Virus record (IMG/VR): IMGVR_UViG_3300033182_000980
Coordinates: 1 to 64,000 of that record
Length of the DNA stretch: 64,000 nucleotides
Strand: one strand, 5' to 3'
Part shown: positions 38,401 to 47,418 of the stretch, in pieces
How the letters are laid out: every line of letters starts with the position of its first letter
Position numbering within the stretch: the first letter of the stretch is position 1
The notes under the pieces: model-generated
What the model was told of the DNA's origin: nothing
The model's input: the letters and a program-made list of their open reading frames with translations, nothing else
Databases searched by the model: none
Made by a program: the position numbers and the translations under genes

Positions 38401-41400
38401 GCCCGAAATGGCTTTAGCTTCGTCTTTATACTTTCGCTGTATAGCAGGAGGCATACGAGTAGTAAGAGTACGAGACTTGAGCTTCAAGAGCTTCGGCAGA
38501 CTAACATCTTGATAATCGACACCAAAGTCGGGGTCTACAGAGATGTCCATCTTAGGTGCAAAGTAAGCGTTCTCTTTGACCCAGTTGTGGAACTGCTCTT
38601 GTAGCTCCCTATTAGGCTTCAGAGCGACCATACGACCTGCGAGTACAACACCGTATTTTTCGGCAAAGGCTTTCTCACTCTTTGCAGTAGGTACTTTACC
38701 TTTAGCAAGAGTAGCGAGTCTATAAAGATCAACAGGATCACGATCAAGTGCAGAAGCAGTCAAGAAAACTTTGCGAGGGTGTCCGAGAGAGGACACAGCA
38801 TAGTTTTTATCTTTACCCGAAGTACCCTTCTCGAAGATCTCATTGATCTCGTCAAAGAAGCAAGCATAGTATCTCTCTTGGTACTTCTTATTCAAAGCTG
38901 GAGAGGACTTAACCTTAGCTTCCTTCTTGAGTTTGTTGTACTGTCTGCGAGACTTAGCAAGCTCTTTCTTCTTCGCTTCCTTTTCAGAAGGTGAGAGAGC
39001 AGGGTAAGAAACGAGTTCTTGAATGAGTTTCGTTTCGTTCCTAGCGGCTGTACGAACGATTGTAGGATCAATCAAGTTGCCGAGTTGGAAATCGACCTCT
39101 TTCCTAGATACCTCACGACCGTTCTTATACTTAACCTCATAGGTGATAGTCGCTTCTTTGCCATGATGCTTGTTTTCACGAGCTAGGCGTTTTGTATCAG
39201 CAACAATCTGTTTTCCGTTGTCCATCTCTAAGATGAGGTCGTCAATGCCCTCGGAACTCTTAAAGTCTGCAACAAAGTCCTCATAAGACATCTCATCAAT
39301 GCGATCAAGAACGATCTGTTGCCAGTTAGGAGTTGTCTCGATTTCACCGTCAGCTCGCTTAAACTCGTCCCCACCTGTCACCATAAAGTTGAGGACTTCT
39401 TTCTTCAAGTTCCCGACAAGGCTCTTAGGTGAAACATAGAGGAATCTACGATTGGTATCATCACCCCCAAGCTCCATGCCCTCGTTAATTGCTTTTTTAA
39501 TCGCAACAAGAGAGGTAAGGGTCTTACCAACACCTGTATCAAGAGCGACAACACCTTGCATACCCGATGCGTCAAGCCAAGCAGCCGCTTCTCTTTGTTT
39601 GTTGTTAAACTTGAACTTGCCTCTAGCTGTCTCTGCAACAAAACCACCAAGAGCTTCGGGAGTGAAACGCTCTGTATTCTCAACAGTAGTAGCGTTCTCT
39701 TTCGCTCTAAGTTTGGCATAATACTCGTCCATAAACTTAGAAGCAGACTCACTTAACGCTACCGAACCAAGAGAATCACGAATCGTCTCGAAATCTTCGG
39801 GTGAGAAAGTGAAGAATGGGTTTTTATTCATGTGCCCTTTAGGAAGATTTGGGTCTTTCACAACAGTGATAGAAGAAATCTTGCTCGCAAGATCCTTCAT
39901 GATGTTTCGGTCAGCCTTACTCGCATTTTCACCAGGAATACCGAGAGTAAGAACACCAGTTTTTGGATTGACCGTAATGTAAGGCTCAATAAGTCTTTGC
40001 TTATAAGTCCAAGAGTCTCCGTCTTTGATCTTATCAACAGTGCGAGCATTGCCGTTGCCGTCAAAAGCGATGCGATCTGTTTCGACCTTAACCGAGCGAC
40101 CACCCTCTTTTTTAACATAGCCACCTTCAATAAAGCGACCTTCCATGTTCAAGATAGTATCAAGCTCATACCCTGCGTAGCGACCCTCAACAATGATCTC
40201 TCTATCCTTGCCCTCCGAGTCTTTCAGAGTAACGAGTCGGAAAGTCTTGCTCAGACCGTCTGATCCCTTGACCTCTCTGAACGAAGGGGTCAAAACTTTA
40301 TCTTTAAGGCTTGGGTCGAGGTCGGGATTTCTACCGAGATTGATACGGTTCAAGGCTTCCTGTAAAAGATCCTTGTAGTGTACAGGATTGTATGTGCTTC
40401 CCGATGGGTACTTGAAGCAAGCAATCTTAACTTTACGCTCGGAATAGACGATTTTCTTACCATCCCAATCGGGGTAGTTTTCGACTGTGATTGTCTCGGT
40501 AGAAATATCTGGCTGTGTGAGCCTTTCTTTCTTCTTGTCTTTACGCTTCTTAAGAACCTTTTTAGCGAGAGATTTCATGTTAGTGAAGCGTTGGTATGTG
40601 TTCCCAAGCTCATCTGTAAACTCACTGCTATAAACGCCTTTAATAAGAGGTTGCATAGCAAGTCTGTAGTTATATACTTCTGTGCTGTGAGCGGCTTTAT
40701 TCTCACAGAGTGCTCTGAACTCTAAGAGCTTGTCGAACAATCTAACAGCTCGGTTGTAAAACTTGAGGCGAGACTTAGGTACTACATACCTAAAGTTAGG
40801 CAATCCAGCCGCGTTATAGCCCGCTTCTGGTTCACCATTAGGGAGTTTACCATACCCCTCTTTAAACTGAGGGATAGAGAAGTTTTTAGCTCGCTGTTGA
40901 GCTTCTTTAATCTGCTGAATGATGAGATTATTCTTCTCTTCTTCACCAGGCTCATAGACTAGAGAAGGTTTACCACTCGCATCTTTTTCGATTGAACACT
41001 TGGGTGCAACGAAGAAATCGTTTGGGTCAGTGTTCGGTCCGTAGACTGTATCTTCGGCCACTAAGCTCTCTAAAGCAATGATGATCTCTTTATCCTTCTT
41101 AGCGAACATTGGAGCTTTAGGCTTGCTTCGTGGCTTAGGGATCTTGGTTGCTTGCTGATCGTAAGCAACAGTGAGGTACGCTACACCACCGTCCAAATAT
41201 ACAGGCTGAGTCTCGACATGATAACCCTGTTCAAGCAAAGATGATTTGAGCTTCGCATCCCGAAGTTTCTTTAGTCTCTCGGCTTTGGCGATTTCCTTTG
41301 CGACCATCTCACTTGAGTTGGCGATCAAGTCGCTGATTTCGTCACCCACAGAGAACTGAACATACCGAATGTTAAACTTAGGGTTGCTTTTAACTTCTGT

Positions 41401-41967
41401 GACAACATTGAGTCCGAGCATACTGAATGCTTGTTTAATGAAATCTGCATAGAAGCCGATTGTTCTTCTGTAATCGGTACTGCCAGCGGCCCCCTTGAGT
41501 CCACCCATAATCTTATTGATGTCAGACCCCTTCATTACAGCGTCAAGAGCACCATTGATATTTTTATCAATCTCTCCTAATCGAGCTTCAACTTTAGTCG
41601 CAAGCTCTCGTGTTCCTCTTGGGGCGTTCATCGCATACTTTTGAAGCAAGTACCTCCAGCTTTTTGCAAAGTCTTTTTTTAGTGTAGACATGGGGTACGG
41701 AGGTTGACCAGCTTTAAGACACCCCTCATAAAGCATCTTAAAGTATTCGTCCACAAGACAAATGTTATAGTAGATCTCAAATGCGTCAGTTACTTCTTTG
41801 CGTCTGACTCTGACGATCTTACCTTTGATGGGATTACCATCTCCATCAGTCTCTTCAACCTGTTGCCCTAAAGCGTTAAGGACAGGCACATATGCAAAGT
41901 TCTTAACCACCATGTCATAGAGCTGACCTCTAAATGGTTTGACTATGCGATTTCTTCTTACAGCCAT
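35437..41967 (-). CDS. Giant (~2176 aa) SNF2/SF2 helicase-containing polyvalent protein
   Basis: Q..A..., LDTGVGKT, VSPKSL, FFDEINE, LTAS, ARGFNFQ, QRTARAYR.GQ; C-terminal GYAVWPKYGF (GNAT-like) and KOW/SH3-like segment; start at MAVRR after AAGGAG. Confidence 0.75.
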   Translation of the reverse strand: MAVRRNRIVKPFRGQLYDMVVKNFAYVPVLNALGQQVEETDGDGNPIKGKIVRVRRKEVTDAFEIYYNICLVDEYFKMLYEGCLKAGQPPYPMSTLKKDFAKSWRYLLQKYAMNAPRGTRELATKVEARLGEIDKNINGALDAVMKGSDINKIMGGLKGAAGSTDYRRTIGFYADFIKQAFSMLGLNVVTEVKSNPKFNIRYVQFSVGDEISDLIANSSEMVAKEIAKAERLKKLRDAKLKSSLLEQGYHVETQPVYLDGGVAYLTVAYDQQATKIPKPRSKPKAPMFAKKDKEIIIALESLVAEDTVYGPNTDPNDFFVAPKCSIEKDASGKPSLVYEPGEEEKNNLIIQQIKEAQQRAKNFSIPQFKEGYGKLPNGEPEAGYNAAGLPNFRYVVPKSRLKFYNRAVRLFDKLLEFRALCENKAAHSTEVYNYRLAMQPLIKGVYSSEFTDELGNTYQRFTNMKSLAKKVLKKRKDKKKERLTQPDISTETITVENYPDWDGKKIVYSERKVKIACFKYPSGSTYNPVHYKDLLQEALNRINLGRNPDLDPSLKDKVLTPSFREVKGSDGLSKTFRLVTLKDSEGKDREIIVEGRYAGYELDTILNMEGRFIEGGYVKKEGGRSVKVETDRIAFDGNGNARTVDKIKDGDSWTYKQRLIEPYITVNPKTGVLTLGIPGENASKADRNIMKDLASKISSITVVKDPNLPKGHMNKNPFFTFSPEDFETIRDSLGSVALSESASKFMDEYYAKLRAKENATTVENTERFTPEALGGFVAETARGKFKFNNKQREAAAWLDASGMQGVVALDTGVGKTLTSLVAIKKAINEGMELGGDDTNRRFLYVSPKSLVGNLKKEVLNFMVTGGDEFKRADGEIETTPNWQQIVLDRIDEMSYEDFVADFKSSEGIDDLILEMDNGKQIVADTKRLARENKHHGKEATITYEVKYKNGREVSRKEVDFQLGNLIDPTIVRTAARNETKLIQELVSYPALSPSEKEAKKKELAKSRRQYNKLKKEAKVKSSPALNKKYQERYYACFFDEINEIFEKGTSGKDKNYAVSSLGHPRKVFLTASALDRDPVDLYRLATLAKGKVPTAKSEKAFAEKYGVVLAGRMVALKPNRELQEQFHNWVKENAYFAPKMDISVDPDFGVDYQDVSLPKLLKLKSRTLTTRMPPAIQRKYKDEAKAISGELKAMVAKYRDLRHKLATMKDTDGEFFDRTKSKAYQDLTRATSKVRTALNKLIRISSEGMFKADVGSKVFKDNSTEKCLYFCSNFKLAESVIKKNSKIRRDKVHAVLWAKEIIFYQNGEIVAQVTEQDNMSVDAFDAKYLDTGIYTKMASEEEEDTETESTWAMDISKKYVKENSTLATAVCSDNYARGFNFQTFTKVIHLDRGKGFDSELLKQRTARAYRGGQAEQVEEIYIDATFAPDSESEGTVSDNARGIKVDLINARSLERSELEEGKTYQTFIWDEDDWVLSDSFTFTTQGEEAEVLEPKLNEMFNTMGYVCPVNLPSEEEPIKRIVLQEGMDIKERATVKDDFDMLSIDQIKSLVNEADQDFFQDIIVNGLKSDLTARLDARVSDTGIAIKTPAMMRAVLDPTEENCARAEKELEEYDANPLSHMTFDPGRYDDADLWLAGRFNRDGSSLTKKQKQIIDLMGGPALANFIMNDARGTVTGSAIRLEENRYIEGAGVGIGRDTIDNGFVKAKPCAPRGFSPRFLFAEIVTAKRMGIKQIKCLAAGSDGDSYYSGYAVWPKYGFTNTINLTGLLSRVPSDSPNQVYVQAVKQIMGENPGIVDLLKLLVITADIVTMKVKKSDADAYKNAMSAWEETKKNTLGERPVMPTQERWQVGDRIKADGERVRLHASHIYNMEGVVTDVDGHGNITVRLDNGFTHTLVRNNDYVSLVTPRPAIDTTVVQEEMDAWDRRASEYDANTPKPPKPDAKKSTEYGVAVGEKLWGLYGSSMTMYLNLQDGTPSMKIANAYLKKKALEANLDVNDFLNSPLDLLNTEDPWCWEQEIDRISVKGQQLKWTEVVSQYPEAYRTAWYANKGLREKIERLCGSEKVFKAHMKKYGLIDPQTDHRTPAPGQRSLQSRTVGQEESANKEYRADNVQQRIKLGSELNASDIRLWEDSQDPCLQAIWEQLRLENYQGQIIAELIEGEEDPDLIQVQRARKDK

Positions 41968-42026
41968 CGTGTTCTCCTTTGGGTTTAAAATCCACACATA
42001 CAAAGGAATGATAAATGATCTACAAA

Positions 42027-42278
42027 TCAGTCCTCTATGATGTATCCCTGCTTCCTTAGCTTGATCGTTAGGTGTGCAAGTTTGATCGGGTCGTTGGAGC
42101 TGATCACAATCTTGTGGTCCTCTATGATGCTTACATCCCAATCTTCTCTTTGAAGGTTGCGTATAAACTTCTCCCCGAAAGGATACTCTTGAGGGTGGAT
42201 CGTGATGTCATAGTTTTGAGTCATCACTTCGGCTACCCATCTCTTTACAATATCTTTGGGTAAGATCTTGTCCGTCAT
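42027..42278 (-). CDS. Hypothetical protein
   Basis: 83 aa, coupled to the upstream ORF. Confidence 0.55.
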   Translation of the reverse strand: MTDKILPKDIVKRWVAEVMTQNYDITIHPQEYPFGEKFIRNLQREDWDVSIIEDHKIVISSNDPIKLAHLTIKLRKQGYIIED

Positions 42279-42841
42279 AAAATCACCCTCTTCCTATCCA
42301 CATCCTCTGGTAGAACTCTGAGGAGAGTGATGTTTTCACTTATGACTTTAAAGGTATTGTATACATCTCTTAATTTTGGTGATTGTTCCATAGCTTTTAA
42401 ACACTTCAAGTATCTGTATCTGATTTTCCCTTGTGTATCACCTAAAAGACGAGCCACATAGCTTTGACTAGAATAGGTATATAAAAGGACTAATACTTCA
42501 ATGTCTTTGCTGTCGATAAAGAAACTAGAGAGTAAATCTCTTAGTTCAGCTTCCTCATATATTGTGATCTGAGCATAGACTCTTAATCTATCTAATCCTC
42601 TATTAACCCTATAATGGACATTTGGTTGAGTATACCCAAAGATTTTTCCGAGATATGCTTGGCTGAGTCCATGCAAGAGGTGTAGCTCAACCATATCCGC
42701 TTCTACTGGAGAAACTTTGCTCATGTGTTCTAAGATTGAATGTATCTTTTCAATCTGATCGTCAGAGACATAATTTGGAGTCGGGCAGGTATGGAGCCCT
42801 TGCTCGTCTGAAAAAAGCTGTTCCATTAACTTCTGATCCAT
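42275..42841 (-). CDS. Protein with two sigma70 region-4-like HTHs
   Basis: LSQAYLGKIFGYTQPNVHYRVNRGLDRLR and SQSYVARLLGDTQGKIRYRYLKCL. Confidence 0.6.
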   Translation of the reverse strand: MDQKLMEQLFSDEQGLHTCPTPNYVSDDQIEKIHSILEHMSKVSPVEADMVELHLLHGLSQAYLGKIFGYTQPNVHYRVNRGLDRLRVYAQITIYEEAELRDLLSSFFIDSKDIEVLVLLYTYSSQSYVARLLGDTQGKIRYRYLKCLKAMEQSPKLRDVYNTFKVISENITLLRVLPEDVDRKRVIL

Positions 42842-42842
42842 T

Positions 42843-43367
42843 TTAAACTCCTTCTATGGAAAGGCAATCTATAGTGTGTATGATTTCTACACTCCTAAAA
42901 GAAAGGTGGACGGCGTACATACGAACATCGCCCTCCCTCCAAGTCATCACTACCTCTCCCTCAAAGCTCTTAAAAGGACCAGACTTTAAGCGTACCCTGT
43001 CTCCTTGTTTGAAAGAACCTCCAAGGTTGTCTACTTTCTTAACCATCCTCTTCAAATCAGAGTCGGGGATGACTCCCATACTCATAAGACCAGTACGAGT
43101 ATCGAGTTGGGAGATAATATCTCTTACCAGACCACACTGCTTTAAGCTATAATACTCAACAGCACCGTATCCGCTCTTGATGAAGATATACCCCTCCATT
43201 AACCAAATCGGTTCATGGTATCTCTGAACCATCAGAGGGATATAAATGTCATCAACATTAAAAGCAGTGCTGGAAACGATCCTATCTTTGAGCGACCCTT
43301 TTAGGGCTTCTTCTTCGCCTTTAGTTGAAAGCTCAAGGACAACCCACGAAGTTTCTCTCATAGACAA
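42843..43367 (-). CDS. NusG-like transcription factor (NGN plus KOW)
   Basis: W.V.....GEE, IYIP, LMEGYIFI, FKQGDRVRLKSGPFKSFEGEV. Confidence 0.85.
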   Translation of the reverse strand: MSMRETSWVVLELSTKGEEEALKGSLKDRIVSSTAFNVDDIYIPLMVQRYHEPIWLMEGYIFIKSGYGAVEYYSLKQCGLVRDIISQLDTRTGLMSMGVIPDSDLKRMVKKVDNLGGSFKQGDRVRLKSGPFKSFEGEVVMTWREGDVRMYAVHLSFRSVEIIHTIDCLSIEGV

Positions 43368-43389
43368 CTCACAGTAAAAAAGAATGGTA

Positions 43390-44583
43390 TTAAATAGATA
43401 CCATTCCTTTTACCATCTTGCTAAACTCCGAGAGCGAAAGTTGTTTCTTTGGCGGTGGTTTATCTACCTGTGGTTCTGGAAGAGGGGTTTTTTCTTCAAA
43501 CTTTATTTGAGGCACTTGTAGGGTTTGTACCCCTCCGATCTTCCATTTCAACAAATCACACTTGAACATACCACCTGTCGGCCTAATCGGGCGACTCGCT
43601 AAATTATCTGCAAGACTAAGCAAAGGCATACCGTACTTATCCCAGATCTCTTGCAGTAGAGGTCTGTTCCAATATGGAGGTGGCACACCTGCCTTCATAC
43701 CAAGAGAAATCGCAAACATACACGCTGATTGCAACCTGTCATAAGCAATACCGACAGGAGTCGATTGTAATAACTCATCGACCAAGCTCAAAGACTTAGC
43801 ATTATCACTCAACAAGAGCTGACAGATTACATCATTACGATCTACATGGAGGTATGCCCTTACCCCCTGTAGACCCACTTTACCCTCATTCGATGAAGCT
43901 ACACCCTCAATGGCTTTTAAAGCATCTCGGATATGACCCTCTGTAAAGTCAGCAATCAAGACCAACGCTTCTCGCTCATATTCAAAGCCCTCCCACTCAC
44001 ACACCTTTTGCAAACGGTCAGCGATTTCTTCCGAGTCTACATGGCGAATGATGAACGCAGGAGCACATCGACTCAATACAGTCTGTCTCATCTTCTCTGG
44101 TTCGGTAGTGGCAAAGATACAGACGAGCTTCTTATCAAAGCTACCCCGATCATTCTCCTCCATCGGTTTTAATAACGCATCCAGTGCGTCTTTAGAGAGC
44201 TGATGGGCTTCATCGAAGAGATAGAGTTTCTTCTTCCCCGAAAATGAAGCATACCCTAGCTCTTCTAAGAGCTTCTTTACATCTGCTTTACCACTGTTGG
44301 TCGCCGCGTCCACCTCAATGAATGAGTCATGGCTACCCATTAACATAGCCTTGCAAGAATGACATTCATCACAAGGCTCTCCGTCAACAGGAGACTCACA
44401 CAATAAAGCACGAGCCATGATCCGACCAAGTGTGGTCTTGCCCGAACCATAAGGACCAGCGAACAGATAAGACTGCCTCCAACCTGCGTCAGACTTGATA
44501 AAGCCTTTGAGCGTTTGGATTGTAGCCTTTTGACCAAGTACATCGCTGTATGTTCTCGGTCTGTATTTGGTGTCTAAAGACAT
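43390..44583 (-). CDS. dnaX: DNA polymerase III gamma/tau-like clamp-loader subunit
   Basis: KYRP..DVLGQ, YLFAGPYGSGKTT.R, PC.EC.SC, EVDAA, DEAHQL, ATTE, SRC, G.IRDA. Confidence 0.92.
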   Translation of the reverse strand: MSLDTKYRPRTYSDVLGQKATIQTLKGFIKSDAGWRQSYLFAGPYGSGKTTLGRIMARALLCESPVDGEPCDECHSCKAMLMGSHDSFIEVDAATNSGKADVKKLLEELGYASFSGKKKLYLFDEAHQLSKDALDALLKPMEENDRGSFDKKLVCIFATTEPEKMRQTVLSRCAPAFIIRHVDSEEIADRLQKVCEWEGFEYEREALVLIADFTEGHIRDALKAIEGVASSNEGKVGLQGVRAYLHVDRNDVICQLLLSDNAKSLSLVDELLQSTPVGIAYDRLQSACMFAISLGMKAGVPPPYWNRPLLQEIWDKYGMPLLSLADNLASRPIRPTGGMFKCDLLKWKIGGVQTLQVPQIKFEEKTPLPEPQVDKPPPKKQLSLSEFSKMVKGMVSI

Positions 44584-44681
44584 CTTCTCTCCTCTCGTAT
44601 AGGGTACACATACCCTTATACTATTTCGGAAGTAAATGGACTCGGTATCATTCATATAAAGGGAATGGGAGAAAAGACACC

Positions 44682-45803
44682 ATGCAAGTTAAAATAGAAA
44701 ACTACCAATCTATCAAACACGCTGAGTTTGAGGTCAAAGGTCTGACTGTCATTACAGGACCGAACAACACAGGCAAGTCTGCTTGTGCTAGAGCTATCGC
44801 TGGTGCTTTCTCTAACGCTAGAGGTTATTCCCATGTTCGCAAAGGTGAGCGTTTCTCAAAGGTGTCAATCGACTTTGATGATGGCAACTCGGTCATTTGG
44901 GAAAAGGGTAAAGGGGTCAACAAGTATGAGATCAACGGACAAAAGCTAGATAAAGTTGGATCAAAGACTCCCGATGAGCTTGCCGACTTAAACATTATAT
45001 CAGTAGATGTTGATGGAAAAACAGTATGGCCTCAGATCGCCCGACAGTTTGAACAAATCTTCTTGCTTGATATGCCCCCTAGTGTCCTCTCTAGTGCGTT
45101 ATCTGATGTCAAGACAATAGAAGCCTTAGAGAAAGCCTCAAGTCTCTCTAGGAGCGAAACTAAGAGCCTTAATCAACGCATTAAGGTTAAGCATGAGGAT
45201 TTAGAGTATGAGCGTAAGCGATTACCTAATTTCAATGAGCTGTCAGACGCAGAGACTACTATCAATCATATAAATGATCTTGAGGGGTCGATTAAGACCC
45301 TTGAAGAAAGAGTTAAAAAGCTAGAGGCAATCAAAGAAAAGAGAGAAAACCTTATGTTTCAAACACAGTTCGTATCTGCCTTGCAAAATGTAAACTTTCC
45401 ACAGGTCAATCCACATGACTTCATGGGGATCAAAGACCTTGAGCGTATTCGTAGAGAAAAGAACCGACTAAGGATCATGGAAGGTATCGTGGGTGTCGGC
45501 TTAACATCATTCCCCTCTTTGCCCGATGTTGATGTCAAAGACCACGCACCACTTGAGCGAGTCTTGAATAAGCGTAAAGAGCTTGACCAAACAATCAAGT
45601 CAATCTCAATGCTAGAGGTTGATCTGCCAGAGGTAGATACAAGCATTGAGAATGACCTTAGAATAGCCTCGGAACGCTTTGATTTATATCAGCGTATATC
45701 TCGCACCGAACAAGAGGTAGAAAGGCTCACAGACGAGCTTGAGGCGATTAAGTGCGAGATTGGTGATACTTGCCCTTTGTGTGAGCAAGGGATCGACCAC
45801 TAG
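44682..45803 (+). CDS. Rad50/SbcC-like ATPase, N-terminal half ending at the zinc hook
   Basis: IENYQS, GLTVITGPNNTGKS, Q-loop, coiled coil, terminal CPLCEQ; no ABC signature or Walker B. Confidence 0.8.
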   Translation: MQVKIENYQSIKHAEFEVKGLTVITGPNNTGKSACARAIAGAFSNARGYSHVRKGERFSKVSIDFDDGNSVIWEKGKGVNKYEINGQKLDKVGSKTPDELADLNIISVDVDGKTVWPQIARQFEQIFLLDMPPSVLSSALSDVKTIEALEKASSLSRSETKSLNQRIKVKHEDLEYERKRLPNFNELSDAETTINHINDLEGSIKTLEERVKKLEAIKEKRENLMFQTQFVSALQNVNFPQVNPHDFMGIKDLERIRREKNRLRIMEGIVGVGLTSFPSLPDVDVKDHAPLERVLNKRKELDQTIKSISMLEVDLPEVDTSIENDLRIASERFDLYQRISRTEQEVERLTDELEAIKCEIGDTCPLCEQGIDH

Positions 45804-45828
45804 CCGAGCTGTCTCACCGAAATCTTAT

Positions 45829-46164
45829 CTAAAAGATCGAGTATTCCGCCCCATATACTAAGTAGATGCAAACATAAGCGATCTCTCCAGAAATACGAGT
45901 ACAAGGCACTTTTATTTCTGTGGCATCATCCCCATAACCTACCCAGAGCTTGATGTTTGTAGTATCCGCATCACACCCAAACTCCCTCTTGATGCAAGAT
46001 GCTATACCTCTTGAGGTAAGCTCACATTTAACTTTTTTATATGGACTAACGGCATCTCCGTCTGCGTTAAAAGCTCTGACTGACATGGATGAAGCTGTTT
46101 TGCCCTCAAGTCGGGCAATACGAGTCTCAAGATTTCTAATTACTTCTGAAGCTGATCTTCTCAT
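45829..46164 (-). CDS. MRRTASE-leader family protein 5
   Basis: MRRSASEVIRNLETRIARLEGKTAS; GGAG RBS before 46164. Confidence 0.8.
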   Translation of the reverse strand: MRRSASEVIRNLETRIARLEGKTASSMSVRAFNADGDAVSPYKKVKCELTSRGIASCIKREFGCDADTTNIKLWVGYGDDATEIKVPCTRISGEIAYVCIYLVYGAEYSIF

Positions 46165-46221
46165 AAGATTTCTCCATTTGGTTAAGGGTTTAAAGATCAC
46201 TTATTGGTGGGGTATAAACTA

Positions 46222-46758
46222 TTAAAATCTATAGCCCATGCCATAGATTAAACCCCAAACCAAATCACCCTCTGGATTATAAGGTGAGGTTGTCACCCCT
46301 GCATACATCGTGCTGTCCTCGTCTTTAACGAACTTCAAACGAAAAGCACCCACAGGGAAAAACTGACCGTCAAGCGTAATCGTGTGCCCGACTGATGCAC
46401 CGACATCAAGGCCCACAGATTTCTTTTTGGCAAACTCGTAGCTCAATAACTCATAACTCGCACCCAACATAAGACTAGGTGGTGTTTGTGTCTCCTCAAT
46501 GAACCCTTCTTCTGTATACCTCCTGTTAGAAGTAGTAGGCAGATTGAACACAACCCATAATGCAAAACTCTCATACACCTTACGAGATAAGATGAATGTA
46601 GCAGAGTTAGTAGGTACAGGTATCGAACCCTCTTCGTACCCACCGATGAACATCTGTGTTGTCCCTAAGCTCACTTCCCAGTTATTCTCATCAGCGTGAG
46701 AAATCGTAGGTGTGAGCAATACAGATAAGATTAAGAGTAAAGCGATAGTGAGTCTCAT
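46222..46758 (-). CDS. Outer-membrane beta-barrel protein with signal peptide
   Basis: Sec signal ending SHA; amphipathic strands; C-terminal YGMGYRF. Confidence 0.7.
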   Translation of the reverse strand: MRLTIALLLILSVLLTPTISHADENNWEVSLGTTQMFIGGYEEGSIPVPTNSATFILSRKVYESFALWVVFNLPTTSNRRYTEEGFIEETQTPPSLMLGASYELLSYEFAKKKSVGLDVGASVGHTITLDGQFFPVGAFRLKFVKDEDSTMYAGVTTSPYNPEGDLVWGLIYGMGYRF

Positions 46759-46770
46759 GTCACTTCTCCT

Positions 46771-47418
46771 TTAGGTTGGTCGTATTGTTGCTTGAGTGCG
46801 TCTGATTACTTGATACCAATGGATGCGACCACTCTTTGTTTCAAGTACATCTTTACGAGGTATCTGTAGCTCGAACACCTCTCTACCCCGATCATGTGCA
46901 AGACCTATGGCATCGCTATAATCAGATGTGAGAAACAATCCCTTCTCTACATACCTGTTTCGATCAAAACCTTTTGGTTGAGCTGTGTAAAGAGTGATCT
47001 CTGTTTTCGTCTTTGTTGATCCTGGTTCTTTTATCTCGCCCACAAGGTTTTGATAATCTTCCATCTCTTCGGAAGATGAGAAATCTTGTGGGTCTTCTAA
47101 TATGTCCTCAATATGGTTGCCACCCATGTGAGTAAAAGAAGCAGACCCTACATAGATTGAAATACTCCAGTCGATACCCTCATATCCATCATAGACATCC
47201 GACACCACAACATCTACTTTAGAGCGGTTCCAACCTTCAATCCTAGAGAGAGCAGGTGCGACAAGAGTTGACTCAACCTCTTTAAGATCATTGAGGGCAA
47301 ACTCACTTAGGTGTTCTGCCTCTGCCTTGATCTCATCCACACTCATGTATTTCGACATAGTGTCCAAGAGCAACTGCTCTATTTCAGAGATCATGTCTCT
47401 CTTAGTCTTTAGTCTCAT
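46771..47418 (-). CDS. Hypothetical late protein
   Basis: 215 aa; motif B at 47449-47464. Confidence 0.6.
   Translation of the reverse strand: MRLKTKRDMISEIEQLLLDTMSKYMSVDEIKAEAEHLSEFALNDLKEVESTLVAPALSRIEGWNRSKVDVVVSDVYDGYEGIDWSISIYVGSASFTHMGGNHIEDILEDPQDFSSSEEMEDYQNLVGEIKEPGSTKTKTEITLYTAQPKGFDRNRYVEKGLFLTSDYSDAIGLAHDRGREVFELQIPRKDVLETKSGRIHWYQVIRRTQATIRPT

Noticed and set aside
41968-42141. ORF-track 5' extensions (42141, 44655, 44550, 13620, 13652, 46200, 60940, 60645)
   Set aside because: They overlap neighbouring genes; downstream starts have better RBSs or match domain boundaries.
45801-45830. Stop-codon reassignment explaining the short Rad50 or the split MTase
   Set aside because: Long conserved genes are intact in the standard code, all three stops are used at sensible gene ends, and read-through here runs into an opposite-strand gene.
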